Sequence record: ON286974
Strand: one strand, 5' to 3'
DNA from: Escherichia phage W115
Length of the DNA: 64,000 bases
Shown here: positions 1 through 9,688 of the stretch, piece by piece
Position numbering within the stretch: position 1 is the stretch's first letter
How the letters are laid out: every line of letters starts with the position of its first letter
The notes under the pieces: generated by a model
Database searches by the model: none
Told to the model about the DNA's origin: nothing
The model's input: only the letters and a program-made list of their open reading frames with translations
Position numbers and translations under genes: made by a program

Positions 1-251
1 GATTGATTTTGATGCTGGATTTATTAAAACACAACAAACAATTCCACCAATTTTCGTAGTAACTGCATGGCAAAGGGACCAATGAATGAAATGAGCGTTC
101 ATGTTGATATTGGGTCGGATAGATTTGGTAGATATACAGATCTGGTGTATGCCGACCTTGTTATGACATTCCAGTGTGACACTAGCGGTAATTTTTGGTT
201 TTGGTACGCTGTTCCCCGAATTAACCCAAAATTCTCCATAAGGAGGAATGC

Positions 252-404
252 ATGAGTAAGAAAGAAAACAGCTATGTTATGACTCGTAAGGAATACAACG
301 AATTGATGTTAGCATTAGCTTATGCAATTATTCGTTCTGATCATGCAATTAATCTGGTAAACAAAGTTAACCGTAGCGTTGATAATGTTTCTAGGAAGAA
401 GTAA
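252..404 (+). CDS. small hypothetical protein (50 aa)
   Basis: ATG at 252 preceded by AGGAGG (241-246); ORF below the track cutoff, read manually; no recognisable domain. Confidence 0.3.
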   Translation: MSKKENSYVMTRKEYNELMLALAYAIIRSDHAINLVNKVNRSVDNVSRKK

Positions 405-443
405 GTTTATTTTTGGAATCCTTTGGATTCCTTTTTCTTTTTG

Positions 444-451
444 TATAAATA
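444..451 (+). promoter_or_regulatory. T4-type late promoter (TATAAATA) upstream of gene 24
   Basis: Exact TATAAATA about 37 nt upstream of the gene 24 ATG; T4 late (gp55-dependent) consensus. Confidence 0.6.
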
Positions 452-488
452 TGATATATCCATTAAGGCAAATACAGGATTCATAAAC

Positions 489-1730
489 ATGACTCATATT
501 TTTACTGAACTGTTGCGGGAATCTACTTCCTCAGTAGCTAACCAGACAGCGCGACCGCAACTATTATCATTAACTCGCGCGGTAAACAACCTGATTTTCT
601 CTGATCTGGTAGCAATCCAGCCAACGGATCAACCAGTATCTGCATTGTACGGCCTACGTTATCTTAATCATGATGGTCAGATGACTTTCCGAACTGCTGC
701 AACCTACGGTGGCGCGGTTGGTGATCGCACAGAGATTGAAGAGTTTTCAAAAGAAAAATCTTATGACGAAGGCGCACTATTCAAATCAGGCGATGTTGTA
801 TACGAAGTTGTGACCGCTGGTACAGTCGGTGAAGATGCCGCAACTCCAGAAGCTGCGATCTTTAAAGGCGTAATGACAAACAAAATTCGTTTCTATAGCG
901 ATTGTGCATCGGTAGAATACTTTGAAGATAAAAACACCGAAATTGCGTCTACCTCTATGCAGTTTGACAAGTGGCAAGTTAATGTAGGTTCTCGTAAACT
1001 GAAAACCTCATTCACGACCGAATTGATGCAGGATCTTGAGGCAAGCCAAATCAACTCTGAAAACTCTGTAATTGATCTTCTGGCTACTGTTGCTTCCGAA
1101 GAGATCAACAAAGATATTATTCAGAAGTTGATCACTGTATCATCTCGCTATAAAATTAAAGGGATCACCCCTGATGGCGTACTTTCTCTCGTTAGCGTTC
1201 AGGATGCACCAACACAAGCGCGTGAACTTTACCGCTACGCGTGCGAGATGAGCAATCAAATGTTGCGGACTTCCTCCTTTGCTGGTACATACGTTTTGGC
1301 GTCTTCTCGCGTGGTTGGCCTCCTGCAATCATCCGGTTGGATGGAAGAAACCGACAATGCTCTAAGCGAAGGTCGTCTACGTTGCGGTCTGGAAGTGTAC
1401 GCAGACACGACAACACCTTTCGATTATATGCTCGTTGGTTGTAAGCACATGATCGGTGATATGGAGAGTGTAGGTTCTCTGTTCTACTCCCCATATACAG
1501 AAGCCGACGGCGCTGGCGCGTATAAGAGCGTAATTGACCCTAATAGCTTCCAGCATCATGTAGCTATTATGAATCGTTATTCACTCTCTGTCAACCCATA
1601 CACATCAAAAGTTGATCAGGAAGAACACCAGGTCATCAAGGGTGACGATTGGGGTAAAATGGCTGGACGTTCAGAAATGTCCTACATTTTAGGAATCGAA
1701 CTGCCACCGCTTGAGATTGACAACGCTTAA
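489..1730 (+). CDS. 24: head vertex protein gp24 (major capsid protein paralog)
   Basis: Track ORF 423..1730; start moved to ATG 489 (MTHIF...). Motif LIFSDLVAIQPTDQPVSALYGLRY resembles the gp23/gp24 family; length about 414 aa fits gp24; synteny with hoc/uvsW. Confidence 0.85.
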   Translation: MTHIFTELLRESTSSVANQTARPQLLSLTRAVNNLIFSDLVAIQPTDQPVSALYGLRYLNHDGQMTFRTAATYGGAVGDRTEIEEFSKEKSYDEGALFKSGDVVYEVVTAGTVGEDAATPEAAIFKGVMTNKIRFYSDCASVEYFEDKNTEIASTSMQFDKWQVNVGSRKLKTSFTTELMQDLEASQINSENSVIDLLATVASEEINKDIIQKLITVSSRYKIKGITPDGVLSLVSVQDAPTQARELYRYACEMSNQMLRTSSFAGTYVLASSRVVGLLQSSGWMEETDNALSEGRLRCGLEVYADTTTPFDYMLVGCKHMIGDMESVGSLFYSPYTEADGAGAYKSVIDPNSFQHHVAIMNRYSLSVNPYTSKVDQEEHQVIKGDDWGKMAGRSEMSYILGIELPPLEIDNA

Positions 1731-2318
1731 CTAAATATCTAACCAAGACAAGTCAGATCCGCCCAAGATTTTTTCGACGGCGGATCTATTTTCTTGATGA
1801 TATAAGTTAAAACATGGTATCCCATGTCTACGGGCAACATAAACAGCAATTCTAGTTCCTCCAGAAACAATCCCATTAACTTCTTTCGCCCAAAATAACA
1901 CACAATCTACAGGATCATCAAGTGTCTCACCTAAGACTTGAGCAACATTTCTAGAAAACAGATTTTGCATGTATAACGGTATAGAACGAGGATTATCATA
2001 AACGTGTTCTAATTCATCCATCGCCAGATTTTTTTGTTCTAAGGTTTGCCATGCAATCACATCATGACCGTTATGCTTGTGGTCATAAAACTTCCAATTT
2101 GGAATGAAAATTTTTCTATAATCTGGATCGTAATACTTCATGAAAGCATTGTCCATACCGTAAGCCCCTCCAGAATGCGCTACAACGCGATTTTCTGACA
2201 ATACCCTCCCAATGGTACTAGCCATTATCAAAATGTCGCTAGGCGCTTTTCTAGAGCCTATTAAAGCACATCTACGAAGTGGTTTTACTCCAAATAGATC
2301 TTGTAACTGGTCAAACAT
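1731..2318 (-). CDS. DprA/Smf-like SLOG (Rossmann) domain protein
   Basis: 195 aa; IGSRKAPSDIL...VVAHSGGAYGMDNAF and ...IVSGGTRIAVYVARRHGIPCF resemble DprA/LOG motifs (GSR...SGxxxGxD; SGGT..A); GGAGG RBS; sits where T4 has rnlB. Confidence 0.6.
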   Translation of the reverse strand: MFDQLQDLFGVKPLRRCALIGSRKAPSDILIMASTIGRVLSENRVVAHSGGAYGMDNAFMKYYDPDYRKIFIPNWKFYDHKHNGHDVIAWQTLEQKNLAMDELEHVYDNPRSIPLYMQNLFSRNVAQVLGETLDDPVDCVLFWAKEVNGIVSGGTRIAVYVARRHGIPCFNLYHQENRSAVEKILGGSDLSWLDI

Positions 2319-2470
2319 AATATTTCCTCCATAGAAAGCAATATCATACTACAAGTTAATAACAAATACAAGTATCCGCGTAGCGGAAGCGAGCACAGCG
2401 AGCAATAAAACACTTCCAGTAATTGATTAATAAATGTTCGAAACAAATTTTTATTATTCTATAAGATAAG

Positions 2471-2645
2471 TCTTCGTTTTGATCATAATTTAATCATACA
2501 TGTAAAAACTACACAAAAGGATATCGCTTCGCGAACTCCTACGGAGTATAACATTTGTGTTACATTATGTAGTGATTAATAATTAACCAAAGATACATTT
2601 TCTATGTTCTAAAGATCTTTCTTCGTTTTGATCATAATTTAATCA
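2471..2645. repeat. pair of 26-nt direct repeats (tcttcgttttgatcataatttaatca) about 149 bp apart in a 413-bp non-coding leader
   Basis: Identical copies at 2471-2496 and 2620-2645, read directly; intergenic between the DprA-like gene start and the upstream terminator. Confidence 0.7.
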
Positions 2646-2700
2646 AACAGTATTAATATTGTGCACATGTAAACTAAAATTATGTCAATAATAGATACAA

Positions 2701-2731
2701 AAAAGCCGCCCCGAATGACGGCTAATGTTAA
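2701..2731 (-). terminator. weak candidate intrinsic terminator
   Basis: gccg...cggc imperfect hairpin following an A-run on the plus strand, downstream of the 2732..3169 ORF. Confidence 0.3.
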
Positions 2732-3169
2732 TTATTTGTTGATAACGATCTGATTTCGGCGAATGGTAACATTACTCTTAGAGATGATCAGATCATCCGG
2801 CACTACGTTAGTTTTGTATGGTTGGAAGCGAACAAGCATCTGATTGCGTTTAGACCCTTCCTTAATCTTGATTTCCATCTGGATATTGTTGCCTACGTGA
2901 GCAACCGCAATTTCACCTTTATTCTCATAGACCCACTTGCTGGTAACGTCTCCAGCAAAAGCCTTAATAACTTGCAATGCTTCGTCGTATGCGGTAGAGC
3001 TGTGAACTTTCAGAAGGCCAGCCGTAGAAAGACGGGAGCAGGTGATCGCCGGAGATTGCCAAACATCAACATTAATTTGCTCAATCAGAGTAACACCGCC
3101 CTGATCAACTGCTTTGAATGCTTCGAACATTGCCTTTTTCATTGCTACGTGGTTTTTACGGAATTTCAT
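2732..3169 (-). CDS. hypothetical protein (145 aa)
   Basis: Track ORF; no recognisable motif. Confidence 0.5.
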   Translation of the reverse strand: MKFRKNHVAMKKAMFEAFKAVDQGGVTLIEQINVDVWQSPAITCSRLSTAGLLKVHSSTAYDEALQVIKAFAGDVTSKWVYENKGEIAVAHVGNNIQMEIKIKEGSKRNQMLVRFQPYKTNVVPDDLIISKSNVTIRRNQIVINK

Positions 3170-3215
3170 AATTAGTCACCTCTATTGATTAGTTATTCAG
3201 AATATTAATTACAAA

Positions 3216-3491
3216 TCAGGACATTGCCCGTTTGAATGCGTCCATTATAACAGTGTTATTTGGCATGTCAACACGTTTTTGAACTTTATTTTTAAATTTT
3301 TTGTTGATGTGGTGTTTACGATAAACAACCTTTTCACGGTTGGCGTAAGCCTCTCGTGCATCTTTTACCATCAACCATGCCTTAGCCGCATCTTGTCCGC
3401 TGATCCCGCCAATCTTTTTAGCAATATCAACAAAATTAAGACCGTGGTCTTCGCGTAGCATGTAAACCATTAACGCTGTTTTCTTGTCCAT
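3216..3491 (-). CDS. hypothetical protein, possible helix-turn-helix
   Basis: Track ORF 3216..3599 trimmed to internal ATG (MDKKTALMV...) which overlaps the stop of the upstream ORF in an ATGA-type junction. Confidence 0.4.
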   Translation of the reverse strand: MDKKTALMVYMLREDHGLNFVDIAKKIGGISGQDAAKAWLMVKDAREAYANREKVVYRKHHINKKFKNKVQKRVDMPNNTVIMDAFKRAMS

Positions 3492-3688
3492 CACTTCGCC
3501 CCATTGACGATTAACAGGATAGTGATCAGCACCGGAAACTGGATCATGATAGTGCCAATAAACCGGATAAACGCATTTTCTGACTTCCACACATGACATG
3601 CGACTAGCTGATAGACCATTGTTGAAACCAGAACTAGGATATAAACCGAAAGCGGTGTAACTTCGATTAGTCGGGAAATCTCATTCAT
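3491..3688 (-). CDS. small hydrophobic membrane protein (65 aa)
   Basis: Track ORF; GAGGTG RBS before ATG; hydrophobic stretch LSVYILVLVSTMVYQLV. Confidence 0.4.
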   Translation of the reverse strand: MNEISRLIEVTPLSVYILVLVSTMVYQLVACHVWKSENAFIRFIGTIMIQFPVLITILLIVNGAK

Positions 3689-3847
3689 ACTTCACCTCAT
3701 ACATTCATAAACACAACAACGAATAATACAGTAACAGTTATCAACGCCATTTTCAACCCCATATTCATAATATTTTCTTCGCCTCACTATGACAGTAGCA
3801 TGTCGATGCGTGCCATTATAGGCATCTAAATCGCTCTGTCAAGCACA

Positions 3848-3888
3848 AAAACAAAAAAGCCACCCCGAAGGATGGCTGATAGATTTCA
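3848..3888 (-). terminator. intrinsic terminator downstream of hoc
   Basis: Hairpin agccacc-ccgaagg-atggct followed on the minus strand by a U-run. Confidence 0.5.
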
Positions 3889-5103
3889 TTAAGCAGGATG
3901 CGTTTCACGAATGCGTAGAACTCGCTCTAACGTCTCTCTGTCCAGCTTATGTAACTCTTTGGACTGATACATGAAACCATTGCGAGATTCCATGCAAGTG
4001 CAATCACTATATTTTTCTTCCGCTGCCGCGATTGTCTCCAGATCTTTGGCGTACTTGCTGGTTGAATAAACTTCTCGGTTACGCCACTCTAACCCAGCCT
4101 CATTGAATTTAACAATCTCGTCAAATACCCACCATCCAATGTAGATAAATGAAGTTTTGCGCCACGGGATCGGGTGTACGTAACGAAACATTTTAACAAC
4201 TTCCATTGAACATTTTCTACTTGTACTTGTTGCAACTTCTACTGTTTCATCTTCGATCTGTTGATATAGTTTAGCAACACACCAGAATTTGGCTGTGTCA
4301 TCGTAAGTAGCACTCTCTTTGAACAGATGACCGTCTGGAGTGATAGAAAATCCTTCCAGTGCTTCGCCAACCTCACTACCGATCAGAGTCGGTGACATTT
4401 GCCCTTCGCGCTGCAAATACCAGTTATATTTGATCGTCAAATTAGGCATACCGCTAGAATCGCCTACAATGTTCTCTGACACAACATAATTAAGTAAGAT
4501 CTCATTACCTAGTGCCACGGTCTTTGATTCCACTACATCCTGATCTACGTTCATTGTTGCCAGCATGATTTTAGTCGATGCGCTATCGGCTGAATCTTCC
4601 GACTCACCCCACACTTTTACAGTATACACGCCGTTTTTATCTGCTGTAAATTTTTGGATCGTAATATCCTGTGTTGTGTCTATAACGTCTTCGCCCTTAC
4701 TCCAACTATAATGTAGTTCATAGTTGTCTGCTGGAGTCTTCCCACCAGAAAATTTTACTGTTGCATGTAATTCTACGTCTGTTTGTGATGATACGTAGAA
4801 ATGCTGCGGTTCGGTGATATTTACGATTAATTCAGCTTCTTCCATGAGGAAAACTTCAGATTCTACTGATTCCATCGTATCGGTATCCTGTACCGTTACT
4901 TTATAGCTACCCGCATTTTCACTTGTTGCACCTACTACAGATAGCGTAGCTGTGCTATTTTCATGTGGTTGGTCGTCTTTTGTCCATGTATATGTCAAAT
5001 TGCTGGGTAATGGTTCGTCACCCGCTACAGTCGCCGTTAAGGTGAAACCATCTCCAGCAAGAAAACATCTTTTGTCAGATTTAATTGATACTGTGAAAGT
5101 CAT
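3889..5103 (-). CDS. hoc: Hoc, highly immunogenic outer capsid protein (Ig-like repeats)
   Basis: 404 aa with repeated Ig-like modules (TYTWTKDDQ..., YELHYSWSKGED..., GSYKVTVQD / GVYTVKVWG) and a C-terminal capsid-binding region; position between gene 24 and uvsW as in T4. Confidence 0.8.
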   Translation of the reverse strand: MTFTVSIKSDKRCFLAGDGFTLTATVAGDEPLPSNLTYTWTKDDQPHENSTATLSVVGATSENAGSYKVTVQDTDTMESVESEVFLMEEAELIVNITEPQHFYVSSQTDVELHATVKFSGGKTPADNYELHYSWSKGEDVIDTTQDITIQKFTADKNGVYTVKVWGESEDSADSASTKIMLATMNVDQDVVESKTVALGNEILLNYVVSENIVGDSSGMPNLTIKYNWYLQREGQMSPTLIGSEVGEALEGFSITPDGHLFKESATYDDTAKFWCVAKLYQQIEDETVEVATSTSRKCSMEVVKMFRYVHPIPWRKTSFIYIGWWVFDEIVKFNEAGLEWRNREVYSTSKYAKDLETIAAAEEKYSDCTCMESRNGFMYQSKELHKLDRETLERVLRIRETHPA

Positions 5104-5368
5104 ATAAAGCCACTCCCATAGAAAATCCGAATTTAATTAATTGAAATAGTTGATTGCCATCAACCAGATAACCATTGCGAGATTCCAATACATGAGTATT
5201 AGAATAGTGATGCAACGAGGCCGAAATAGTATCGATCTCGTCTGGGTATTTGTTCTGTTTGATGTAATACATTGATTTTGTTAGACATGTAGTATCCTCT
5301 TTTTAATTGCATAACGGAACTACAATTAAAATTATAACAAATATTTCACAACTTTTATCACCCAAAAA

Positions 5369-6094
5369 TTACTTGAGTGTGTGGAATTGGCTGTGTTTAG
5401 TCTCTCGCACCTTGACAGACCCATCGCGTTTGATATAATAGATCAGCGACTTGAGGGTGTCGTGTACATACGCGTGCGGGAAACGTTCTGGATACTTCTT
5501 CCAATCTGGAGTATTAACGATCCAGTCGAAAATCCACCACGGGCAGGAGTAGTAACCACGACCGCCACCGATCAAGCAAATGGTCGGACGGAAGCCAGTA
5601 AGATCGCAAAATGAATCAGTGTCATGTGCTGGGGAACGATGCTCTGCTTCGTTAGAGAAAATGTTGGCTACCGGAGATTCCACTTTAACTTCCGGTGCTT
5701 CTTCAACATCTGACTTAACTTCTTCGACCACTGGTTCAACTGCCGGAGATTCTTCTTTTGTTTCTTCAATGACGATCTCAGGTTCTTTCATTGCTTCAAC
5801 CAGAGACGGATCAACTTCGTCGAATACCACTTTATCATCTGCGGTGTCTGCTGCCAGAATAAGATCGTTAATACTGGTTCCTTCTGCCGGAGTTTCTTCT
5901 TCCATTTCGGAAGCCAGTTTAGTTAATTCTGTTTCTACGAACTCGATCATGTTCTCTAGCGAGAGCGTCTTTTTGACCTTTATATCAAATTGTTTTGCGT
6001 AGTCCGCTAATTCTGTTTTAGCGGCTTTCTGTGATTCTTTGTCGTCGGACGCCGCAATAGCGCGGAGTTCTTCGAAATATTCTTTATCAAACAT
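5369..6094 (-). CDS. inh: Inh-like protein (putative inhibitor of prohead protease), acidic N-terminus
   Basis: 241 aa; assigned mainly by synteny (between hoc and uvsW); no motif recognised. Confidence 0.4.
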   Translation of the reverse strand: MFDKEYFEELRAIAASDDKESQKAAKTELADYAKQFDIKVKKTLSLENMIEFVETELTKLASEMEEETPAEGTSINDLILAADTADDKVVFDEVDPSLVEAMKEPEIVIEETKEESPAVEPVVEEVKSDVEEAPEVKVESPVANIFSNEAEHRSPAHDTDSFCDLTGFRPTICLIGGGRGYYSCPWWIFDWIVNTPDWKKYPERFPHAYVHDTLKSLIYYIKRDGSVKVRETKHSQFHTLK

Positions 6095-6120
6095 GTTATT
6101 CTCCTGATTGGGGGTGTTTG

Positions 6121-6128
6121 TATAAATA
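6121..6128 (+). promoter_or_regulatory. T4-type late promoter (TATAAATA) upstream of uvsW
   Basis: Exact TATAAATA about 30 nt upstream of the uvsW start; uvsW is a late gene in T4. Confidence 0.6.
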
Positions 6129-6149
6129 TTTGTATACTGTATTTATTGA

Positions 6150-7667
6150 GTGAGGCTATTCGCTATGCAAGATATTAAAATTCACTTTCTGAACTACTCC
6201 CATGTTCAAATTGAATGTAGCGATTCAATTTTATTAGAAATGCGAGATTATTTTAGTTTTGAAGTCGAGGGAGCGCGGTTTCAAAAAAGATTTAAGTATG
6301 GTGGATGGGATGGGCGTATTCGTCTTTTAGATTACAACGGAAAGCTGCCAATCGGCCTAACTAAAACCGTGGGAATCTTCGCTAAAAATATGGGCTATAG
6401 CGTATGGGTAGATCCTCGCTTATTCGAAAAAGAACAAGTTACAGAAGAAGAAATTACAAAATGGTGTAATGACTTAGAATTATATTCCGGTGCTAACAGG
6501 ATCACCCCGCATTGGTATCAATCAAAGGCCGTCTTTGAAGGTATTCATCATAAACGCCGTATGTTAGTTTTGCCTACGTCCGCTGGTAAATCTGCGATTG
6601 CTTGTATGTTGTCTCGTTGGTACTTAGAGAACTACGAAGGGAAAGTGTTGATCATCGTTCCTACCACGTCGCTAGTGCTGCAAATGCGTGATGACTTTGT
6701 TGATTATCGCCAGTTTCCTTATGAAGCAATTCATACTATCATGAGCGGTACTAGTAAACACGTAGGTGATCGCCTGATCGTTGTTAGTACGTGGCAATCT
6801 GCATGTAAACAACCTCGTGAGTGGTTCCAACAATTCGGGATGGTTATTGTTGACGAATGTCATAAAGCCACTGCTAAAAACCTGCTAAACATCGTTACTG
6901 ATATGGATCATTGCCAATTTAAGATCGGCATGACTGGTTCCCCTCGTGACGGGAAAGCTAACATGATGCAGTATGTCGGGCTTTTCGGTGATATTTCTAA
7001 GATCGTGAGTATTGACCGCCTGATGGAAGAAGGTCAGGTGACAAAACTGAAAATTAACTGTCTTTTCCTTCGTTATACCGATGAGGAATGTAGCGCGGTT
7101 AAGGGGCGAGAATATGCGGAAGAGATCAAGTATATTACGTCTAACCCACGACGAAATAAGTTTGCTTGTAATTTGGCGCTAAAACTCGCTAAGAAGGGCG
7201 AAAACGTATTCCTGATGTTCCGCAATACTAAGCACGGAAAACTTATGTATGACGCGTTACAGAAGGTACACGACAAGGTTTATTATATTGACGGTGGAGT
7301 TAAGACAGAAGAACGTGATGAATTTAAGAAAATGGCGGAGGGTGACACCGGGATCATTTGTGTTGCGTCTTATGGTGTGTTCTCTACTGGTGTTTCAATT
7401 AAGAATTTGCACCATGTTATTTTCGGTCATCCAGTGAAGGAATCAACTATCGTTCGTCAGAGTATCGGTCGTGCATTGCGCAAACATGGTTCTAAGGATA
7501 TTGCAACGGTCTGGGATCTTATAGATCATCTGGCGGTGAAGACAAAGAGCAAGAATGCTAAGAAACAGTTTAGTCACCTTAATTATGCTCTTAAACATGC
7601 CCTTGAAAGAATAAAAATTTACAACACCGACCGATTTGAATATGTCACGAAAACCATCGAGATTTAA
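6150..7667 (+). CDS. uvsW: UvsW RNA-DNA and DNA-DNA helicase (SF2)
   Basis: 505 aa; Walker A LPTSAGKS, DEAD-like IVDECH, helicase C-terminal motifs (RQSIGRALR); synteny. Confidence 0.9.
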   Translation: MRLFAMQDIKIHFLNYSHVQIECSDSILLEMRDYFSFEVEGARFQKRFKYGGWDGRIRLLDYNGKLPIGLTKTVGIFAKNMGYSVWVDPRLFEKEQVTEEEITKWCNDLELYSGANRITPHWYQSKAVFEGIHHKRRMLVLPTSAGKSAIACMLSRWYLENYEGKVLIIVPTTSLVLQMRDDFVDYRQFPYEAIHTIMSGTSKHVGDRLIVVSTWQSACKQPREWFQQFGMVIVDECHKATAKNLLNIVTDMDHCQFKIGMTGSPRDGKANMMQYVGLFGDISKIVSIDRLMEEGQVTKLKINCLFLRYTDEECSAVKGREYAEEIKYITSNPRRNKFACNLALKLAKKGENVFLMFRNTKHGKLMYDALQKVHDKVYYIDGGVKTEERDEFKKMAEGDTGIICVASYGVFSTGVSIKNLHHVIFGHPVKESTIVRQSIGRALRKHGSKDIATVWDLIDHLAVKTKSKNAKKQFSHLNYALKHALERIKIYNTDRFEYVTKTIEI

Positions 7668-7673
7668 TAAATA

Positions 7674-7694
7674 GGGGCTTTAATGCCCCTTTAT
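7674..7694 (+). terminator. hairpin plus T-run after uvsW
   Basis: ggggc-tttaat-gcccc followed by tttatt. Confidence 0.45.
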
Positions 7695-7710
7695 TCTACG
7701 GAGATTAAAA

Positions 7711-7947
7711 ATGATTAGCTTTAAACGTTTTTTGGTTGAGGCCGCTATTGACGGTTTCATGCGTAAGATTTATTCTTGTAATACTATCGAGGGATTAAAT
7801 GAACTTGAGGCATATTATGAGAAGCGCAAGAAAGAAACAGAATTGAAACCTGCTGATGATATTTCGATCCGTGATGCCATCGCTGGACGCCGTAAGCAAT
7901 TGGAAGCGGACAACGAGCCAGAAGATGAGCCGGAAGAGGATTTTTAA
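7711..7947 (+). CDS. uvsW.1: UvsW.1 small acidic protein
   Basis: 78 aa ORF immediately downstream of uvsW, as in T4. Confidence 0.7.
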   Translation: MISFKRFLVEAAIDGFMRKIYSCNTIEGLNELEAYYEKRKKETELKPADDISIRDAIAGRRKQLEADNEPEDEPEEDF

Positions 7948-7952
7948 GATAT

Positions 7953-7980
7953 AAAAAAGCCCCATCATTGATGGGGCAAA
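7953..7980. terminator. bidirectional intrinsic terminator
   Basis: gccccatc-att-gatggggc hairpin flanked by an A-run upstream and a T-run downstream; lies between convergent genes. Confidence 0.6.
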
Positions 7981-8010
7981 ATAAACCAATTAAAATCGGT
8001 TATCAACAAA

Positions 8011-8187
8011 TTACATTAACAGCATTGTTTGCTCTACGAGTTGTTCTTGTTCTTCGCCGTTCGCATCTTCACTAATCGAACGTTCTGTTACTAGCTGTAA
8101 GCAGTAGCCAGTGTGAACAACGCCGTTTTCTGTCTGGACGGATAACGCATCCTCGACAGGTTGTTTACAACAAATACAGATTTTCAT
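8011..8187 (-). CDS. small Cys-rich protein (58 aa), UvsY.-2-like position
   Basis: Manual ORF MKICICCKQPVEDALSV...; AGGAGG RBS; immediately upstream of uvsY. Confidence 0.35.
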   Translation of the reverse strand: MKICICCKQPVEDALSVQTENGVVHTGYCLQLVTERSISEDANGEEQEQLVEQTMLLM

Positions 8188-8208
8188 AAAAATTCCTCCT
8201 GCATGTAT

Positions 8209-8616
8209 TTAGCGACCAGATTCCAGCATACGCAATTCTATAGCATTCTTGATCGCAAAGCCACGAGATTTAACGATATCAAGTGCGCGACCAGCGAAAT
8301 CCATTACCATCTGGTAATATGCAATTTTCGTATCAAGCGGTAAGATCTCGTCGTCTGCTGCCATGACAACTTTCAATTCTGATTTCTCATATTCAGCACG
8401 ACACCAGTCATCACTACGGTTAGTGTAAAAGTCAAGACGATTTTTCATAGCCTTTTTCTTTTTAGCCTCAAGAGCAATCGTCTCTCTTTTCGCCTCGCTG
8501 TAAATCCTTAACCACTTTGAGTATACTACCGGATTATTCAGCGCCTCCCATTGCAACTTAGTCGCATCGATCTTCATGTCAGCTTCTAATTGTTCTTTCA
8601 AATCGTTTAGGTCCAT
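8209..8616 (-). CDS. uvsY: UvsY recombination mediator
   Basis: 135 aa; close match to the T4 UvsY pattern (KLQWEA...YSKWL...KSRGFAIKNAIE...); AAGGGGA RBS. Confidence 0.9.
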   Translation of the reverse strand: MDLNDLKEQLEADMKIDATKLQWEALNNPVVYSKWLRIYSEAKRETIALEAKKKKAMKNRLDFYTNRSDDWCRAEYEKSELKVVMAADDEILPLDTKIAYYQMVMDFAGRALDIVKSRGFAIKNAIELRMLESGR

Positions 8617-8645
8617 AATATCCCCTTATTCACACTAAGACCTAT

Positions 8646-8674
8646 ATCATATCACACACAAAATCACTTTGCAA
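8646..8674 (-). promoter_or_regulatory. sigma70-like promoter upstream of uvsY (TTGCAA-17-TATGAT)
   Basis: Read on the minus strand: TTGCAA, 17-nt spacer, TATGAT, about 30 nt upstream of the uvsY ATG. Confidence 0.4.
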
Positions 8675-9050
8675 GTCTTATGCGTAGTTGTTCAAGATCA
8701 TCTGGGTTATCTATTACTGAAAAGTAGATTGATACTATGATTGAGTTATCGTCGTACTGCGGAGTTACTTCTACTGTCAGGTTTCGGACCCGTGGTTCAT
8801 AGTTTCGGATCGCCTCATTGATGTTTTTTGATAAGGTATCCACCGTCAGTGGGTTCATGTTCTCAAACAGTGATTTATTGAGATCGCATCCAAACAGTGG
8901 ATCAAATGGACGAGATCCCTTGCGAGTAGTCACGATCAGTAGAATAGAATCTTTAACCGCTTTAATCCCTATGTTCTTTTTAACGTCGTTATTCCACGAT
9001 CTGGATATATTGAGATCCAAATCAGTATACATCTGATTAATAGTTGCCAT
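8664..9050 (-). CDS. 25: baseplate wedge protein gp25
   Basis: Start moved to ATG (MATINQMYTD...) with GAGGT RBS; ...TTRKGSRPFDP.FGCDL...RNYEPR...FSVIDNPDD... matches gp25. Confidence 0.9.
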   Translation of the reverse strand: MATINQMYTDLDLNISRSWNNDVKKNIGIKAVKDSILLIVTTRKGSRPFDPLFGCDLNKSLFENMNPLTVDTLSKNINEAIRNYEPRVRNLTVEVTPQYDDNSIIVSIYFSVIDNPDDLEQLRIRLAK

Positions 9051-9058
9051 GTTATACC

Positions 9059-9688
9059 TCAAAGAATTTTAAGGAAACTGGATAGACCTGATAATGAATA
9101 TACACCAGATTCCCCGCATTCGCACTTGATCGGTACTGCCAGCGTGATTTGATTTCTTGTTAGCTCGTCGATCACTTCTTCCACTTTATCCGTGGTAAGC
9201 ATATCCAGCACGCGGTCAAAGTCCTGTGCGTTCAGGTCGTCTATATTGAATTGCTGATCGCCGATCACGATATATTCGATACATGCAATTACCATCTGCA
9301 TAATATCAACATCTTCTGTAAACTTAGGTTGACGAAATTTGATTTTTACTTGCCCTAAGTCCAGAATATACGGTTCAACTTCTGGTATCTGTGTGCGTGA
9401 AACATCAAGAGAGTATACTTTCTCTTTATTGCATACACCACACACCCAAGTAGCATCAATTTTCATCTTATTGAGGCTGTGACACCATAAGAGAAGAAAA
9501 ATATATTCTGCTTCGCATTTCTCTAGCTCTAATGCATTGATCCCCGTACATTCATGTATGATCTCTATAACAACCTCTGACAGCTTGCCAGTCTCTTTTG
9601 CTGCTACCAGTTTTTGAAATTCGCCGAAGGTGAAAGCACGGGCGTGTATCAACTTTTCGCCTAATTGGATCTTGAAAAAGTATTGCAT
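9059..9688 (-). CDS. 26: baseplate hub subunit gp26
   Basis: 209 aa; size and position between 25 and 51 as in T4. Confidence 0.75.
   Translation of the reverse strand: MQYFFKIQLGEKLIHARAFTFGEFQKLVAAKETGKLSEVVIEIIHECTGINALELEKCEAEYIFLLLWCHSLNKMKIDATWVCGVCNKEKVYSLDVSRTQIPEVEPYILDLGQVKIKFRQPKFTEDVDIMQMVIACIEYIVIGDQQFNIDDLNAQDFDRVLDMLTTDKVEEVIDELTRNQITLAVPIKCECGESGVYSLSGLSSFLKIL

Noticed and set aside
67-255. 62 aa plus-strand ORF at the window start
   Set aside because: No RBS, no recognisable similarity, and it ends inside the RBS of the better-supported small ORF at 252..404; cannot be confirmed
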